From Felis catus (taxonomy: Eukaryota), in assembly GCF_018350175.1 (NCBI RefSeq), contig NC_058377.1, forward strand, positions 107,322,001 through 107,386,000: a stretch of DNA of 64,000 nucleotides. Reading direction: 5' to 3'. The position numbers were made by a program, and so were the translations under genes. The notes below the pieces were generated by a model that worked only from the letters and a program-made list of their open reading frames with translations, was not told the DNA's origin and searched no databases. Positions 62,903-64,000 of the stretch are shown here, in pieces; position 1 is the stretch's first letter; every line of letters begins with the position of its first letter.

Positions 62903-63153
62903 TAAAGGAGGTGCTGGCAAATGTTTTTTTATAAAGGACCCGAAAGTAAGCATTCGGGGCACCGCAGGCCACACAGTCTCTGTTACAGCTTTGGGGTCAT
63001 TGCTCGGAAGAAGCTGTAAACAATATATAATTGGCGATGTTCGTGTATTCTACTAAAATTTCAAAAATAGCAAAGCCATTCTTAGCTCATGGGCTGACCA
63101 AAAAAAAAAAAAAAAAAGGGATTTAGCCTGTGGCTGTGGTTTGCCAACCCCTG
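62903..63153. mobile_element. MER58-like hAT DNA-transposon relic
   Basis: Degenerate inverted ends (...ctggcaaat / gtttgccaacccctg) and internal gcaggccacacagtctctgttacagct. Confidence 0.65.
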
Positions 63154-63725
63154 CTCTAAACTCAACTGTATCTGTCTTCTGCCTGGAGCCTTCAATGGCT
63201 CCCCACTGCCCAGGAGGTATAGTCCAAACTCCTCGGTGTGGCTTTCAAGGCCTATACATACATTCTCGTTCTAACTTCTACTCTTCTTGTCCACATATTG
63301 ACTCAGCAGATCCCCGCTACAACCCGATGAGGGAGGACTAGTTCTCTTCTCATTTTACATATGGGAAAACTGAGGCAGACACACAGTTAACTAGCCTGCT
63401 CAAGCTCAACCTGCTAACAGAAGACGGACTGACGTCTGAACCCTGCGGTCTGACCACTGGGCGTCCTTCCTTCCCTCTCTGCCGTCCACACACCCACAGC
63501 TCGCCACCCACCTGCCTGTCCCAGGCACTGGGCTATGCGCTGAGGCTGTCACAGCCCCAGACGTGGCTGCATCCCTGCCCCGGAGACACTTCCAGTCCAG
63601 TCCCGCAGGGGCCAAGGGTCAGGGAATATGAAGAGTGACAGGACTCTGCCCGTCTGGAGGGTCCAGGGGCTGTGGCTCGGGCAGGCCATTGGCACTTGTG
63701 GATCTTTTATGGGGAAATCACTTGC

Positions 63726-63972
63726 TTTTTATTTTTTATTTTATTTATTTACTTTTGAGAGAGAGAGAAGGAACAAGTGAGCAAGGAGCAGACGGGAGGA
63801 AAGAGCGAGAGAGGAGGACAGAAAGAGAAGAGAAAATCCACGAGGGGCAGAGAGAGAGAGAGAGAGAGAGAGAAGCAGGGCTCACCCAATGCGGGGCTCG
63901 AACTCCCGACCCGAGAGATCATGACCTGAGCTGAAATCAGATGCTTAACCGACTGAGCCACCCAGGTGCCCC
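63726..63972 (-). mobile_element. Can-SINE
   Basis: T-rich tail, GA-rich segment and reverse-complemented head. Confidence 0.88.
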
Positions 63973-64000
63973 ATACTTCATTTTATTTTTTAACGTTTAT

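Overview
This is mammalian (felid) genomic DNA: the tRNA-derived Can-SINEs are of the cat-family type, and the gene order matches the conserved cluster syntenic to human 11q13.1. Genes were reconstructed exon by exon from splice sites and reading frame: FERMT3 (+, 5' part outside the window), TRPT1 (-, 253 aa), NUDT22 (+, 293 aa), DNAJC4 (+), VEGFB (+, exon 6 mostly in a gap), FKBP2 (+, one exon in a gap), PPP1R14B (-, 147 aa), PLCB3 (+, 31 exons, 1227 aa, one U12-type intron) and the last two exons of BAD (-). There are five N-gaps, about 19 Can-SINEs and older L1/L2/MIR/MER relics; no CRISPR, rRNA or true tRNA genes. Most of the window is ordinary conserved gene content and most ORF-track entries are GC-rich noise. 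Signals not explained by the known genes: (1) a 265-codon ORF (30436-31233) inside FKBP2 intron 1 with a 42-nt/14-aa periodicity and recurrent V-W-V motifs spelled with different synonymous codons, placed so it could share a bicistronic mRNA with FKBP2; (2) a ~300-bp copy of the TRPT1/NUDT22 bidirectional promoter inside a TRPT1 intron; (3) strand-specific TGACC clusters in PLCB3 introns; (4) promoter-like YY1/ETS/ZNF143 modules at the 3' end of BAD and upstream of PPP1R14B. Comparisons with human proteins are from memory and need checking by alignment.
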